Position numbers and translations under genes: made by a program. A stretch of 25,301 nucleotides of DNA from a virus (Duplodnaviria > Caudoviricetes), in the IMG/VR virus record IMGVR_UViG_3300034061_001901, positions 1-25,301 of that record. One strand, given 5' to 3'. Positions 1-7,847 of this stretch are shown one piece after another (the first letter of the stretch is position 1; the number at the start of each line of letters is the position of its first letter). Below the pieces are notes generated by a model, which had not been told where the DNA came from, searched no databases, and saw only the letters and a list, made by a program, of their open reading frames with translations.

Positions 1-2
1 CT

Positions 3-116
3 TCTACACCCGAACTAAAACAAGAACTGATGGAACTTGGTGAGATTATTCAGGAAAATGCTATGATGAGGAAAAGGGCAGATGAACGACGGGAGAAGAA
101 AAATGAAACTCTGTAA
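3..116 (+). CDS. 3' end of a hypothetical protein (truncated by window start)
   Basis: Open frame STPELKQELMELGEIIQENAMMRKRADERREKKNETL* read manually; overlaps the next ATG. Confidence 0.5.
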   Translation, partial: STPELKQELMELGEIIQENAMMRKRADERREKKNETL

Positions 117-318
117 AGATTGTAAGTATTATCGTAAGGATTGGTTGGGTCATCTATTTGGATTTGGGCACCGACACGATACTTGCACTTCTCCAAATAC
201 TTCCACAAATCTTGTAACTGGCAATGAGAACCGATTTTGTGATATGTTGAGGTCAAGTAGATGGAGTGAACTTGATTATTCTTGTGGTCCTGATGGTAGG
301 TTCTGGGAGGCAAAATGA
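103..318 (+). CDS. Cys-rich hypothetical phage protein
   Basis: ORF 82..318, likely start MKLCKDCKYY; CxxC plus three further Cys; ATGA overlap with next gene. Confidence 0.7.
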   Translation: MKLCKDCKYYRKDWLGHLFGFGHRHDTCTSPNTSTNLVTGNENRFCDMLRSSRWSELDYSCGPDGRFWEAK

Positions 319-497
319 ACGACGAAAAGAATCCTGATGAACTTGTCATTCGGGACATTGATATGGTACACTTTGAGATGATGGATGATGGGTTCCTCTG
401 GTGTGGAATCTATCACAATAATGGTCAGGTTGATCACTTCAACATCACTGCAAAGAAGAACAAACTCTCTACACTATGGATGCCTAATTGTGGATGA
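315..497 (+). CDS. hypothetical protein
   Basis: 60 aa ORF, translationally coupled to the upstream gene. Confidence 0.65.
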   Translation: MNDEKNPDELVIRDIDMVHFEMMDDGFLWCGIYHNNGQVDHFNITAKKNKLSTLWMPNCG

Positions 498-501
498 TAC
501 T

Positions 502-726
502 ATGACTTGGAAAGAATACTGGCAGATGACTAAATGGGAATGGTTTATTGAAGGTTTTCGTAACATTTCATATATTATGGATTGTCATGAGACTGTTGAG
601 CACTTTCCCGATGACTTCTGGGAAGCACTTTCTTGGGGCTGGATGAGTGAATATATTACACCATACGATGATCCATATAACCCCTATATATCTAAAGAAC
701 GCAAACTACGATTAGGAAGGTATTAA
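502..726 (+). CDS. Trp-rich hypothetical protein
   Basis: ORF 385..726; ATG 502 (MTWKEYWQMTKWEWF) avoids overlap with the previous gene. Confidence 0.65.
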   Translation: MTWKEYWQMTKWEWFIEGFRNISYIMDCHETVEHFPDDFWEALSWGWMSEYITPYDDPYNPYISKERKLRLGRY

Positions 727-730
727 TCAA

Positions 731-868
731 ATGAAACTCTGCAATCTTATCTTTTTTACACTTGTTGGTGTCTGTGTTGGTGGTATGATTTATGGTATTG
801 TAACCACAGAAAAATCACCACAACATGCTTCCGTGGAGAAGAATGAACAAATTCATCATATCAAATAG
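731..868 (+). CDS. small membrane protein
   Basis: Manually read 45 aa ORF MKLCNLIFFTLVGVCVGGMIYGIV... with one hydrophobic segment; fills the gap. Confidence 0.55.
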   Translation: MKLCNLIFFTLVGVCVGGMIYGIVTTEKSPQHASVEKNEQIHHIK

Positions 869-1169
869 ATTTTTACGTTATACATCATTCTGGTGGTGGT
901 ATCGTTTGATTTCTCATCAAGGATTTCGTTTTGATGATTATCATATCTGGGAATCATTCTGGAGTTCTCTGAATGGTGGATGGTTGGATATGAACTATAA
1001 ATGGGAGTTTGAAAAGTTCTGGGGTAAGGGAGCAAAACCTGAAAGGATTGTGTTGCCTGCAAAAGATTATGATGCCCTTGTAGAACGCTTGAATGAACCA
1101 CCAGACCCTAAAGTAGTGGAAAGATTAAAAGAGATCATGTCCAAAAAAGCACCATGGGATAATGAATAA
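843..1169 (+). CDS. Trp-rich hypothetical protein with DUF1778-like C-terminus
   Basis: C-terminal RIVLPAKDYDALVERLNEPPDPK resembles the DUF1778/TacA tail motif. Confidence 0.6.
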   Translation: MNKFIISNRFLRYTSFWWWYRLISHQGFRFDDYHIWESFWSSLNGGWLDMNYKWEFEKFWGKGAKPERIVLPAKDYDALVERLNEPPDPKVVERLKEIMSKKAPWDNE

Positions 1170-1172
1170 ATA
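1165..1172 (+). promoter_or_regulatory. T4-like late promoter
   Basis: AATAAATA 13 nt before ATG 1186. Confidence 0.55.
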
Positions 1173-1185
1173 TTTTCAAAAAGTC

Positions 1186-1362
1186 ATGATTACTTTCAAA
1201 CAGTTTTTAGACGAAGCAAAAAAGAAAAAACCACTTTATTCTAAAAAACATATAGAAAAGCAATTAGAAAAGCAAGGTGGAATTGGTGGTAAAGCAGTGG
1301 AAAAGTACGTAGAACAAAATCCAAATCGTGGTCCTCGTCATTATACTTTAGGTGAACGATAA
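1186..1362 (+). CDS. hypothetical late protein
   Basis: Starts MITFKQFLDEA, an N-terminus common among T4-like phage late proteins; late promoter upstream. Confidence 0.65.
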   Translation: MITFKQFLDEAKKKKPLYSKKHIEKQLEKQGGIGGKAVEKYVEQNPNRGPRHYTLGER

Positions 1363-1525
1363 ATCTAAAATCTTTTACAATATCTGGTGTTGTGCCTATC
1401 AAAGGCGCTATATGTATCGTGGCACACTCCGCGAACAAAGGGAGCATGATACAGTACTCATGTGTTTGAACATGAGAGATGTAAAGTTTTATCAGTTTGA
1501 TACGGAGAAACCACGTTATGTTTAG
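1352..1525 (+). CDS. hypothetical protein (57 aa)
   Basis: Manually read GTG-start ORF MNDKSKIFYNIWCCAYQRRY...KPRYV* overlapping both neighbours. Confidence 0.55.
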   Translation: MNDKSKIFYNIWCCAYQRRYMYRGTLREQREHDTVLMCLNMRDVKFYQFDTEKPRYV

Positions 1526-1901
1526 CACACTAGTAAGAGGAACAGCACCAAAGAAAAATAGAACAACCTTAAATTGGTGGGAATATTGGATTGGGCACTG
1601 CTGGATGACGGGATGGCAAAGTATTCGACATAATTTTTGTATTTGGTCAGATTTAATGACATCAAATTATAAAAATTATGCTCTACTCAAAGATGATGAT
1701 CCAGAACAAGAATGTTTGGAATGGTTTTGGGGAAGTTTAAATGAGGATGATGTTTATCCTAAAGAGTTTCTTGAACATCTAATGCAAATGGTAGATGACA
1801 TTGAAACTGGTAAAGAAAAACTCATTCCACTTGATGAGGATTTTTTTGAAAGAATAAAAGAACTTACTGATGGAGTAGAACTTGATGATGACGATTTTTG
1901 A
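1518..1901 (+). CDS. Trp-rich, acidic hypothetical protein
   Basis: ORF 1497..1901, ATG at 1518. Confidence 0.7.
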   Translation: MFSTLVRGTAPKKNRTTLNWWEYWIGHCWMTGWQSIRHNFCIWSDLMTSNYKNYALLKDDDPEQECLEWFWGSLNEDDVYPKEFLEHLMQMVDDIETGKEKLIPLDEDFFERIKELTDGVELDDDDF

Positions 1902-2079
1902 TTTAGTTCACGATGAACGAAGATATGGTTGGGTTGTAGATAAACGCTACGACTGGATTAATATGCTTTCAAAAATGAGAGATAATAATCCTCAACGTTT
2001 TGAAGAATTTCAATACTCTAATGCTACAATTTACCATCACCTAGATAGAGTGCAACAAGAACAAAACCTTTACGACTAA
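1888..2079 (+). CDS. hypothetical protein
   Basis: ORF track; coupled to neighbours. Confidence 0.6.
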   Translation: MTIFDLVHDERRYGWVVDKRYDWINMLSKMRDNNPQRFEEFQYSNATIYHHLDRVQQEQNLYD

Positions 2080-2240
2080 TGAACTTTACACCTGAACAAT
2101 ATAAACTAATTTTTACTGCAGTTCGGCGTTATCAGTTTGAAAAAACAGTATTAGATAGCAAAGAGTATTGGCAGTGCAGCGAAGTACTTGACGAACTGTT
2201 TGATTCCGTGTATACTCAACGAGTAGAGCAACCAACATGA
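2079..2240 (+). CDS. hypothetical protein (53 aa)
   Basis: Manually read MNFTPEQYKLIFTAVRRYQ...; TAATG and ATGA coupling on both sides. Confidence 0.6.
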   Translation: MNFTPEQYKLIFTAVRRYQFEKTVLDSKEYWQCSEVLDELFDSVYTQRVEQPT

Positions 2241-2422
2241 TTAAACCAATCAAAGAAGAATTTCCCCATCCTGGATTTCCTATTAAAATTGTCCATAAAG
2301 ATGGTAAAGATCTAAAAGACAAAAAAACATGTTATTTTCAGTGCGATGCACATGCTAAAAAATACATAGAAAAATGTAAATTTAAAAAGAAAGATTATAC
2401 TATTTCATATAAGGAGAATTGA
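2237..2422 (+). CDS. basic hypothetical protein
   Basis: 61 aa ORF, coupled to neighbours. Confidence 0.65.
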   Translation: MIKPIKEEFPHPGFPIKIVHKDGKDLKDKKTCYFQCDAHAKKYIEKCKFKKKDYTISYKEN

Positions 2423-2423
2423 A

Positions 2424-3446
2424 GTGTCCAATAAAGTTTTGATTACTGGTGGTGCAGGGTTTATTGCACATCACTTGATTGGTAAAATTTTAGAAACAAC
2501 AGACTGGAAAGTTGTAACTCTTGATCGTCTTGATTATAGCGGAAATCTAAATCGTCTTCACGATTTGATGCTTTCTTTTGATCCTGAAGTTCGCAAACGT
2601 GTAAAAGTAGTTCATCACGATCTCAAAGCAGAACTAAACCCTTTAGTGCGTTCTGAAATCGGAAACGTTGATTATATTCTTCATCTTGCTGCTGGATCCC
2701 ACGTTGATCGCAGTATTGAGTATCCAATGGAATTTGTGTTGGATAATGTTGTAGGAACCTGCAACATTCTTGAATTTGCACGTAATCAAAATAATCTGGA
2801 AAGATTTATTTACTTTAGCACTGATGAGGTATTTGGTCCTGCTCCTGATGGAATCAAATATAAGGAGAATGATCGCTACAACTCTACAAATCCTTATAGC
2901 GCAACTAAAGCAGGTGGTGAAGAACTTGCTGTAGCATATGAGAATACGTATGGTTTGCCAGTTTACATCACTCACACGATGAATGTGTTTGGTGAGAGAC
3001 AGCATCCAGAGAAATACATTCCCATGTGTATTCGTAAGATTCGTGATGGTGAAACTGTTACCATTCATAGTGATTCTACACGAACTATTCCTGGTTCTCG
3101 GCATTATATTCATGCAGAGGATGTTGCGGATGCTATTCTCTTTCTTGCAGATAAAAACTTTACCGAATCTAATTATGGCGGCGCAAAATGTCCTAAATTT
3201 AACATTGTTGGTTCTGAAGAACTAAACAATCTGGAACTTGCACAGATTATTGCAGATGCACAAGGTAAAGAACTAAACTATGATCTTGTAGATTTTCATT
3301 CCTCTCGCCCTGGGCATGACTTGCGTTATGCTTTGGATGGTAGTAAAATGAAAGAACTGGGATGGGAACCTGCCAAATCTGTGCGGGAACGTATTGCAGA
3401 AGTAGTTAACTGGACTCTTGAAAACGAAAGGTGGATCACTCTATGA
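2424..3446 (+). CDS. rmlB: dTDP-glucose 4,6-dehydratase / NAD-dependent epimerase-dehydratase (extended SDR)
   Basis: TGGAGFIA nucleotide-binding motif, AAGSHVDRS, STDEVFG, YSATK catalytic motif, RPGHDLRY; AAGGAG RBS before GTG. Confidence 0.9.
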   Translation: MSNKVLITGGAGFIAHHLIGKILETTDWKVVTLDRLDYSGNLNRLHDLMLSFDPEVRKRVKVVHHDLKAELNPLVRSEIGNVDYILHLAAGSHVDRSIEYPMEFVLDNVVGTCNILEFARNQNNLERFIYFSTDEVFGPAPDGIKYKENDRYNSTNPYSATKAGGEELAVAYENTYGLPVYITHTMNVFGERQHPEKYIPMCIRKIRDGETVTIHSDSTRTIPGSRHYIHAEDVADAILFLADKNFTESNYGGAKCPKFNIVGSEELNNLELAQIIADAQGKELNYDLVDFHSSRPGHDLRYALDGSKMKELGWEPAKSVRERIAEVVNWTLENERWITL

Positions 3447-3574
3447 CAACACGTACATTTATTGATAAGAATGAAAACTTTTGGGAATGGGAAGAAACTC
3501 CCGAAACCATTGAAGCACTCAAGCAACTTCACGAAACTGTAAAAAAAGTAAATGAGCGAAAAGAAACTAATTGA
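3443..3574 (+). CDS. hypothetical protein (43 aa)
   Basis: Manually read MTTRTFIDKNENFWEWEETPE...; ATGA overlap. Confidence 0.55.
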   Translation: MTTRTFIDKNENFWEWEETPETIEALKQLHETVKKVNERKETN

Positions 3575-3764
3575 TGATGCTTTCTATGTTGATGAAAAGA
3601 AGTATGGACTCTGGTATTCAACAGATCTTAAGGGAAATGGGATTGTCACATCTCTCACTGAACAGCAGTGTATATCAGCGACCCGTTATGTACTTAAAGG
3701 ACGGCAGGAAGGTTTCCCTGAACCCCAAAAAGTTCATGAGGGTGTGGTAGGTGGAAAACTCTGA
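3552..3764 (+). CDS. hypothetical protein
   Basis: 70 aa ORF in a co-directional array. Confidence 0.65.
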   Translation: MSEKKLIDDAFYVDEKKYGLWYSTDLKGNGIVTSLTEQQCISATRYVLKGRQEGFPEPQKVHEGVVGGKL

Positions 3765-3915
3765 TTATCCATATCACGTTCTTGATCCAACTACTCCTTG
3801 GTATGAGTGGTTGTGCTATTGTGAGATTTGTCATCAACTAAATGTTGTTGGGCAACCAAAGTGGCAAAGATATGCTGCTTATCGTAACTATCTAAAGGAA
3901 GTTGGAGTATTGTAG
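3751..3915 (+). CDS. hypothetical protein (54 aa)
   Basis: Manually read GTG ORF ...DYPYHVLDPTTPWYEWLCYCEICHQL...; fills the gap. Confidence 0.55.
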   Translation: MENSDYPYHVLDPTTPWYEWLCYCEICHQLNVVGQPKWQRYAAYRNYLKEVGVL

Positions 3916-4169
3916 TGTTTTTTAATCTTCGGGTGTTTCTTTGGACAATAGTTGCAGAATTGGAATATATTTTGTATCCGTGGAAAAAAGAAAGTCCTCC
4001 AGAAGATGTAGCACAAAAATATAATTTACCCGATACAAATCTTGAACAGAATTTAAGTTATGATTGGTTAAAATCTCATGATGAGAAGATTGCCAGACTT
4101 CAGGAAGAAATAATCTGGGTTCAAAATGAAATTCATAAACTCAATGTAGAATTAAAAACTCATGTCTAA
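3915..4169 (+). CDS. hypothetical coiled-coil protein
   Basis: 84 aa ORF. Confidence 0.6.
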   Translation: MFFNLRVFLWTIVAELEYILYPWKKESPPEDVAQKYNLPDTNLEQNLSYDWLKSHDEKIARLQEEIIWVQNEIHKLNVELKTHV

Positions 4170-4383
4170 ACAAGATCCTTATTGGTTTTTTAAGAAGTGG
4201 GGATTTCCTGAACCTCTTCCTAGTGATGTAATTAACCAAAAGTTGCAAGAACTTGAAGATCGTATTAAAGTATTGGAAGAAGAAAATGTAGGTTTGACCA
4301 ATTCTTTGTATGAAATGGAGAATTCTCTAGATGCCCGTATAGATATTATTGCAGAACGTTGTAGGATTGATTACGATGTATGA
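4162..4383 (+). CDS. hypothetical coiled-coil protein
   Basis: 73 aa ORF with heptad pattern. Confidence 0.65.
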   Translation: MSKQDPYWFFKKWGFPEPLPSDVINQKLQELEDRIKVLEEENVGLTNSLYEMENSLDARIDIIAERCRIDYDV

Positions 4384-4555
4384 ACTTGATAATTTTGAAA
4401 AAGCACTTGCACACTTTGGAACTAGAGTAGACATTATTATTGCCCTTGAAATGGGAGGAAAATTAGATGCTGACACTGCTTACAAAAATATTAAGACTGA
4501 ACTCAAAGAACTCAAACGAATCCGAAAGACCATCAAAAAAGACAAGGATTTGTGA
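4376..4555 (+). CDS. hypothetical helical protein
   Basis: MYELDNFEKALAHFGTRVDIIIALEMGGKL..., recalled as resembling small cyanobacterial/cyanophage hypotheticals. Confidence 0.65.
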   Translation: MYELDNFEKALAHFGTRVDIIIALEMGGKLDADTAYKNIKTELKELKRIRKTIKKDKDL

Positions 4556-4670
4556 TAAGTGTGGAGTTGAAAAACCTTTAATTGAAGATAATTTTCAGAA
4601 AGTAAAGTATTTTCGTGATGGATTTTCTTACTATTGCAATGATTGTAATAAACCAAAATCAAAAGATTAA
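4467..4670 (+). CDS. zinc-ribbon protein
   Basis: CDKC...CNDC Cys pairs; start uncertain. Confidence 0.55.
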   Translation: MLTLLTKILRLNSKNSNESERPSKKTRICDKCGVEKPLIEDNFQKVKYFRDGFSYYCNDCNKPKSKD

Positions 4671-4828
4671 TGGAAGATACTCTTAAAATAACACAAAACG
4701 AAGATGGATCATTTACCATGGACTGGAACCCACAAGACCCAAAATGGTCTTGGATGAATGGGTTGACACAGAAGGAAATTCAGGTTATTATGGAGCAAGC
4801 AATCAAGGATCATCTCAATGGACTTTAA
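4670..4828 (+). CDS. hypothetical protein (52 aa)
   Basis: Manually read MEDTLKITQNEDGSFTMDWNPQDPKW...; TAATG coupling. Confidence 0.6.
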   Translation: MEDTLKITQNEDGSFTMDWNPQDPKWSWMNGLTQKEIQVIMEQAIKDHLNGL

Positions 4829-5453
4829 TTACAAGAAGTATTCTCTTGAAAATCTTGAAAAATGGGTTGAAGATGCTCTAAATTCTGCAGAAGCATCCCC
4901 ACAAGAAATTTATGACTGTATTCGCAAAGTAGTTGAAGAAAACTATTATTGCTACAAAAATCAGACTTCTCGTTGTTATGAACTCCTTGCATTATTAAAT
5001 GGTAATGGTAAAGGACATATCCCAGCATATGATGAATATCTTGAGAAGAAAGAAAATCTTGCATGTGATAAAGATAACCCATCACCAGAATGTAAAAAGT
5101 CTTGGACTTCCTTCTGGGAAGAGCATTATTATCCAGAAGAAGTAAAGGATGATGGTATGCGTCCTTGGGGACACAGTGATCTTGAGTATGGCATTGCCAA
5201 TCAAAAGAAGGATAAAGTAAAGAAGTGGGTTCTTCCTGTTGAAGTTGATGGTCCAAGTGGTGAATTTTTTGTATGCTTCCCCGACGATCTTCTAGAGGCA
5301 GCAAATCTTAAAGAGGGTGATCAAATTGAATGGATAGATCAAGGCGATGGATCCTATCTGCTCAAAAAAGTTGAAAAACAAATGACTTATGATGAGGCAA
5401 TTGCTGCTGGGTGGGAAATGACTGCTGATGGTTTTTGGATTAAAGCATCTTGA
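4818..5453 (+). CDS. protein with C-terminal AbrB/MazE/SpoVT-like DNA-binding domain
   Basis: FFVCFPDDLLEAANLKEGDQIEWIDQGDGSYLLKKV fits the swapped-hairpin AbrB pattern. Confidence 0.7.
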   Translation: MDFNYKKYSLENLEKWVEDALNSAEASPQEIYDCIRKVVEENYYCYKNQTSRCYELLALLNGNGKGHIPAYDEYLEKKENLACDKDNPSPECKKSWTSFWEEHYYPEEVKDDGMRPWGHSDLEYGIANQKKDKVKKWVLPVEVDGPSGEFFVCFPDDLLEAANLKEGDQIEWIDQGDGSYLLKKVEKQMTYDEAIAAGWEMTADGFWIKAS

Positions 5454-5644
5454 TTGATATCTTAATGTGTGGGTACAACATCAGTTGTCATTTTAATAAT
5501 ATAAATTATTATTTTGGGAGACCAAAATATAATCCAGATGTTGTTCAAATCTGCCAATATTTTGAAGAACAAAAAGTAGAATTGCCAGATTACTGCAAAT
5601 GGCAAGACAATATACAACCACCTAGAAGAAGGAGTGAATTTTAA
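5450..5644 (+). CDS. hypothetical protein
   Basis: 64 aa TTG-start ORF filling the gap. Confidence 0.5.
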   Translation: MIDILMCGYNISCHFNNINYYFGRPKYNPDVVQICQYFEEQKVELPDYCKWQDNIQPPRRRSEF

Positions 5645-5871
5645 TGGCACTATCACAATCAGTTGAAGAATCTCTTAAAGAAGCAGAAGCAAGTTTACGT
5701 AATGCACTAGCATATGCAGCAAGACAAGAACGCCCTATGGTTTGTAGTGTAATTGCCGATTTAATTTCAAGAATTGAATCTTTACAAACAACCGATAGTC
5801 TTTTGGATAAACTAGAAGGAAGAAAATCTGGTGACTCTGGGTTCTTTGGTCCTTTCTTCAACAAAGACTAA
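5644..5871 (+). CDS. hypothetical protein
   Basis: 75 aa ORF with GGAG RBS. Confidence 0.7.
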   Translation: MALSQSVEESLKEAEASLRNALAYAARQERPMVCSVIADLISRIESLQTTDSLLDKLEGRKSGDSGFFGPFFNKD

Positions 5872-5888
5872 TTGTAAACTATTGTAAC
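5871..5888 (-). promoter_or_regulatory. HLR1 motif (putative RpaB binding site)
   Basis: Reverse complement GTTACAAT-AG-TTTACAAT matches (G/T)TTACA(T/A)(T/A)-N2-(G/T)TTACA(T/A)(T/A) with no mismatch; intergenic. Confidence 0.6.
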
Positions 5889-5967
5889 GTGATCCCAAAG
5901 AAAACATTAAGTTTATAGATAATCATATATTGATATGCTAACATTTGGGTCACATCACAAAAATTCT

Positions 5968-6174
5968 ATGACACTTTCCAAGTCTGGCACCGAACAACTC
6001 ACTCAAGAAGAATGGGAAGAACTTGTTGCATTAAAAAATGCAATAAATGATAATCCAGCATCAGTTCATCCAGATAAAATGGAATTGTTTACTGAATTAT
6101 TAGTTCGCTCACTTGAGGGTAAATGTGATCCTCCGCCACCAAAAAACTGGCGTGGAGCAGCATTAAGCGAATAA
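5968..6174 (+). CDS. hypothetical protein, possibly host-like
   Basis: ORF 5935..6174, ATG 5968 downstream of a TGaTATGCT -10; ELVALKNAINDNPASVHPDKMELF recalled as similar to picocyanobacterial small proteins. Confidence 0.65.
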   Translation: MTLSKSGTEQLTQEEWEELVALKNAINDNPASVHPDKMELFTELLVRSLEGKCDPPPPKNWRGAALSE

Positions 6175-6177
6175 AAA

Positions 6178-6185
6178 AATAAATA
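6178..6185 (+). promoter_or_regulatory. T4-like late promoter
   Basis: AATAAATA 21 nt upstream of cp12. Confidence 0.5.
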
Positions 6186-6206
6186 TTATCATCACGATAC
6201 AGAACT

Positions 6207-6419
6207 ATGAGTAACATCGACGAGCATATTCAAAAAGACAAACAAATTCTTGATGATCCTCAAACATCTCCACAAGCAAGGAGACATACTGAAGAAGAAC
6301 TTGAGGCATTAGAATCTTATAAAGCAAATCACCCAGACGATGAACACGATCCAACTTCATTAGAATTGTATTGTGATGCCCATCCTGAAGCACTTGAATG
6401 TAGAGTTTATGATGATTGA
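6207..6419 (+). CDS. cp12: CP12 Calvin cycle inhibitor (phage auxiliary metabolic gene)
   Basis: C-terminal LELYCDAHPEALECRVYDD signature; lacks the N-terminal Cys pair, as in picocyanobacterial/phage CP12. Confidence 0.92.
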   Translation: MSNIDEHIQKDKQILDDPQTSPQARRHTEEELEALESYKANHPDDEHDPTSLELYCDAHPEALECRVYDD

Positions 6420-6476
6420 GAACAGTTACTGAACTGGCACATTAGGCACTCCAAAAAACTGGGGTGCCTTTATAAT
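6418..6476 (+). promoter_or_regulatory. palindrome-promoter element, copy 1
   Basis: GAGAACAG-TTACTGAA-CTGGCACA, AGGCACTCCA/TGGGGTGCCT stem, TATAAT 29 bp downstream. Confidence 0.75.
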
Positions 6477-6497
6477 ACTATGGTATATTTTTAAATT

Positions 6498-7079
6498 ATG
6501 TTTGAACCATTAGTTCCATTTATCCATCAAAATCTTACAAAACACCACGAACTTTATAGTAGTCAGTGTAAGGCAGAATATTGGGAAGAAATCTTTGCAC
6601 TTTCTTTAAAGCAATCGGGATTTGGTAGTACCTGGAAACCAGATTTTAATCATAAGTCTGGTGTTGATCAGACTATGGACAATGGAATAAGAATTAGTAA
6701 TAAAGGTGGATCAATTATTAAAAATATCATTTCTTTTAGTGGATCACGACTGACAAAATATAAAACACTAAATGAAAAACTTGAGTTTTTAAGTGATAAA
6801 AAAGAGGATTATGTTCTTTGTCTTGCAACAGATAAAGATGAATGGAAGAAAGGATCTAAACGATATTATTTTGTTGTAATTAATTCTGATACTTTAAATT
6901 ATCATGAACAAGAATGGGAAGAAACATATGGAAAACAAACAAATATTGGTCAACTTACTGGATGGAAATGTTCTTCCGAAGTATTTAATGCTAAAATTAT
7001 CAGATCTAACTCTGATCAACTTTGGACTGAGATGAAACTTGATTACTACGAAGAATTTTATGAAATTACTATTGGGTGA
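6498..7079 (+). CDS. putative restriction endonuclease (PD-(D/E)xK-like)
   Basis: AT-rich, overlaps the MTase gene; E..E, GVD, ISNK could form a catalytic set; function inferred mainly from context. Confidence 0.5.
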   Translation: MFEPLVPFIHQNLTKHHELYSSQCKAEYWEEIFALSLKQSGFGSTWKPDFNHKSGVDQTMDNGIRISNKGGSIIKNIISFSGSRLTKYKTLNEKLEFLSDKKEDYVLCLATDKDEWKKGSKRYYFVVINSDTLNYHEQEWEETYGKQTNIGQLTGWKCSSEVFNAKIIRSNSDQLWTEMKLDYYEEFYEITIG

Positions 7080-7824
7080 TTGTTTGGAAATATTACCAAC
7101 ACTTTCAGATAATTCTGTGGATATGGTGTTGGTAGATTTGCCATATGGTACAACTGCTTGTAAATGGGATTCTATTATTCCTCTTGATAAATTGTGGGAG
7201 CAATATAATAGAATTTGTAAAGAGGATGGTGCGATGGTATTTACTGCTGCTCAACCTTTTACAACAATACTTGCAGCATCAAATCTTGATAATTTTCGAT
7301 ATGAGTGGATTTGGGAAAAACCACAAGGAACCAATCCTATGAATTCAAAGGTAATGCCTTTAAAATCTCATGAGAATGTATTAGTATTTTATCGCAAAAA
7401 ATGTACATATAACCCTCAAATGTGGTACTCAACTCCTTACAGTGGTTTCTCATCGAATATTAGTAAGATTGGTGAGGTTTATGGTAGTGCCCAATCAAAA
7501 CATCGGGATAATCCCGATGGATCAAGATATCCCAAGACAGTGTTTAGATTCAAGCAAGAAAAAGGATTGCATCCTACACAAAAACCAGTTGCCCTAATGG
7601 AATATCTAATTAAAACATATACAAATCCTGGTGATTTAGTGTTGGATAATACTATGGGTAGTGGAACTACTGGTGTTGCTGCAGTTCAAACTGATCGTAA
7701 TTTTATTGGCATTGAAATGGACCAAACTTACTTTAGTATTGCAAAACAACGTATTGAAAGTGCTGTGCCAGTTACTGAAGTGGTACATCAAACCTCAAAT
7801 GCCCTGGTAGATGCCCTATACTAA
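7060..7824 (+). CDS. DNA N4-cytosine/N6-adenine methyltransferase, beta class
   Basis: GDC, DLPY (motif IV) N-terminal; HPTQKP; DNTMGSGTTG (motif I) C-terminal; FIGIE. Confidence 0.92.
   Translation: MKLLLGDCLEILPTLSDNSVDMVLVDLPYGTTACKWDSIIPLDKLWEQYNRICKEDGAMVFTAAQPFTTILAASNLDNFRYEWIWEKPQGTNPMNSKVMPLKSHENVLVFYRKKCTYNPQMWYSTPYSGFSSNISKIGEVYGSAQSKHRDNPDGSRYPKTVFRFKQEKGLHPTQKPVALMEYLIKTYTNPGDLVLDNTMGSGTTGVAAVQTDRNFIGIEMDQTYFSIAKQRIESAVPVTEVVHQTSNALVDALY
7764..7822 (+). promoter_or_regulatory. palindrome-promoter element, copy 2
   Basis: TGTGCCAG-TTACTGAA-GTGGTACA, TATACT 29 bp downstream; lies inside the MTase 3' end. Confidence 0.75.
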
Positions 7825-7847
7825 CAAGGTACTCAAGAAAACCACTT

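Noticed and set aside
1385-1510. Structured ncRNA or a further palindrome copy (GTGGCACA at 1419)
   Set aside because: Left arm and correctly spaced -10 are missing; a 57-aa ORF (1352-1525) coupled to both neighbours explains the region
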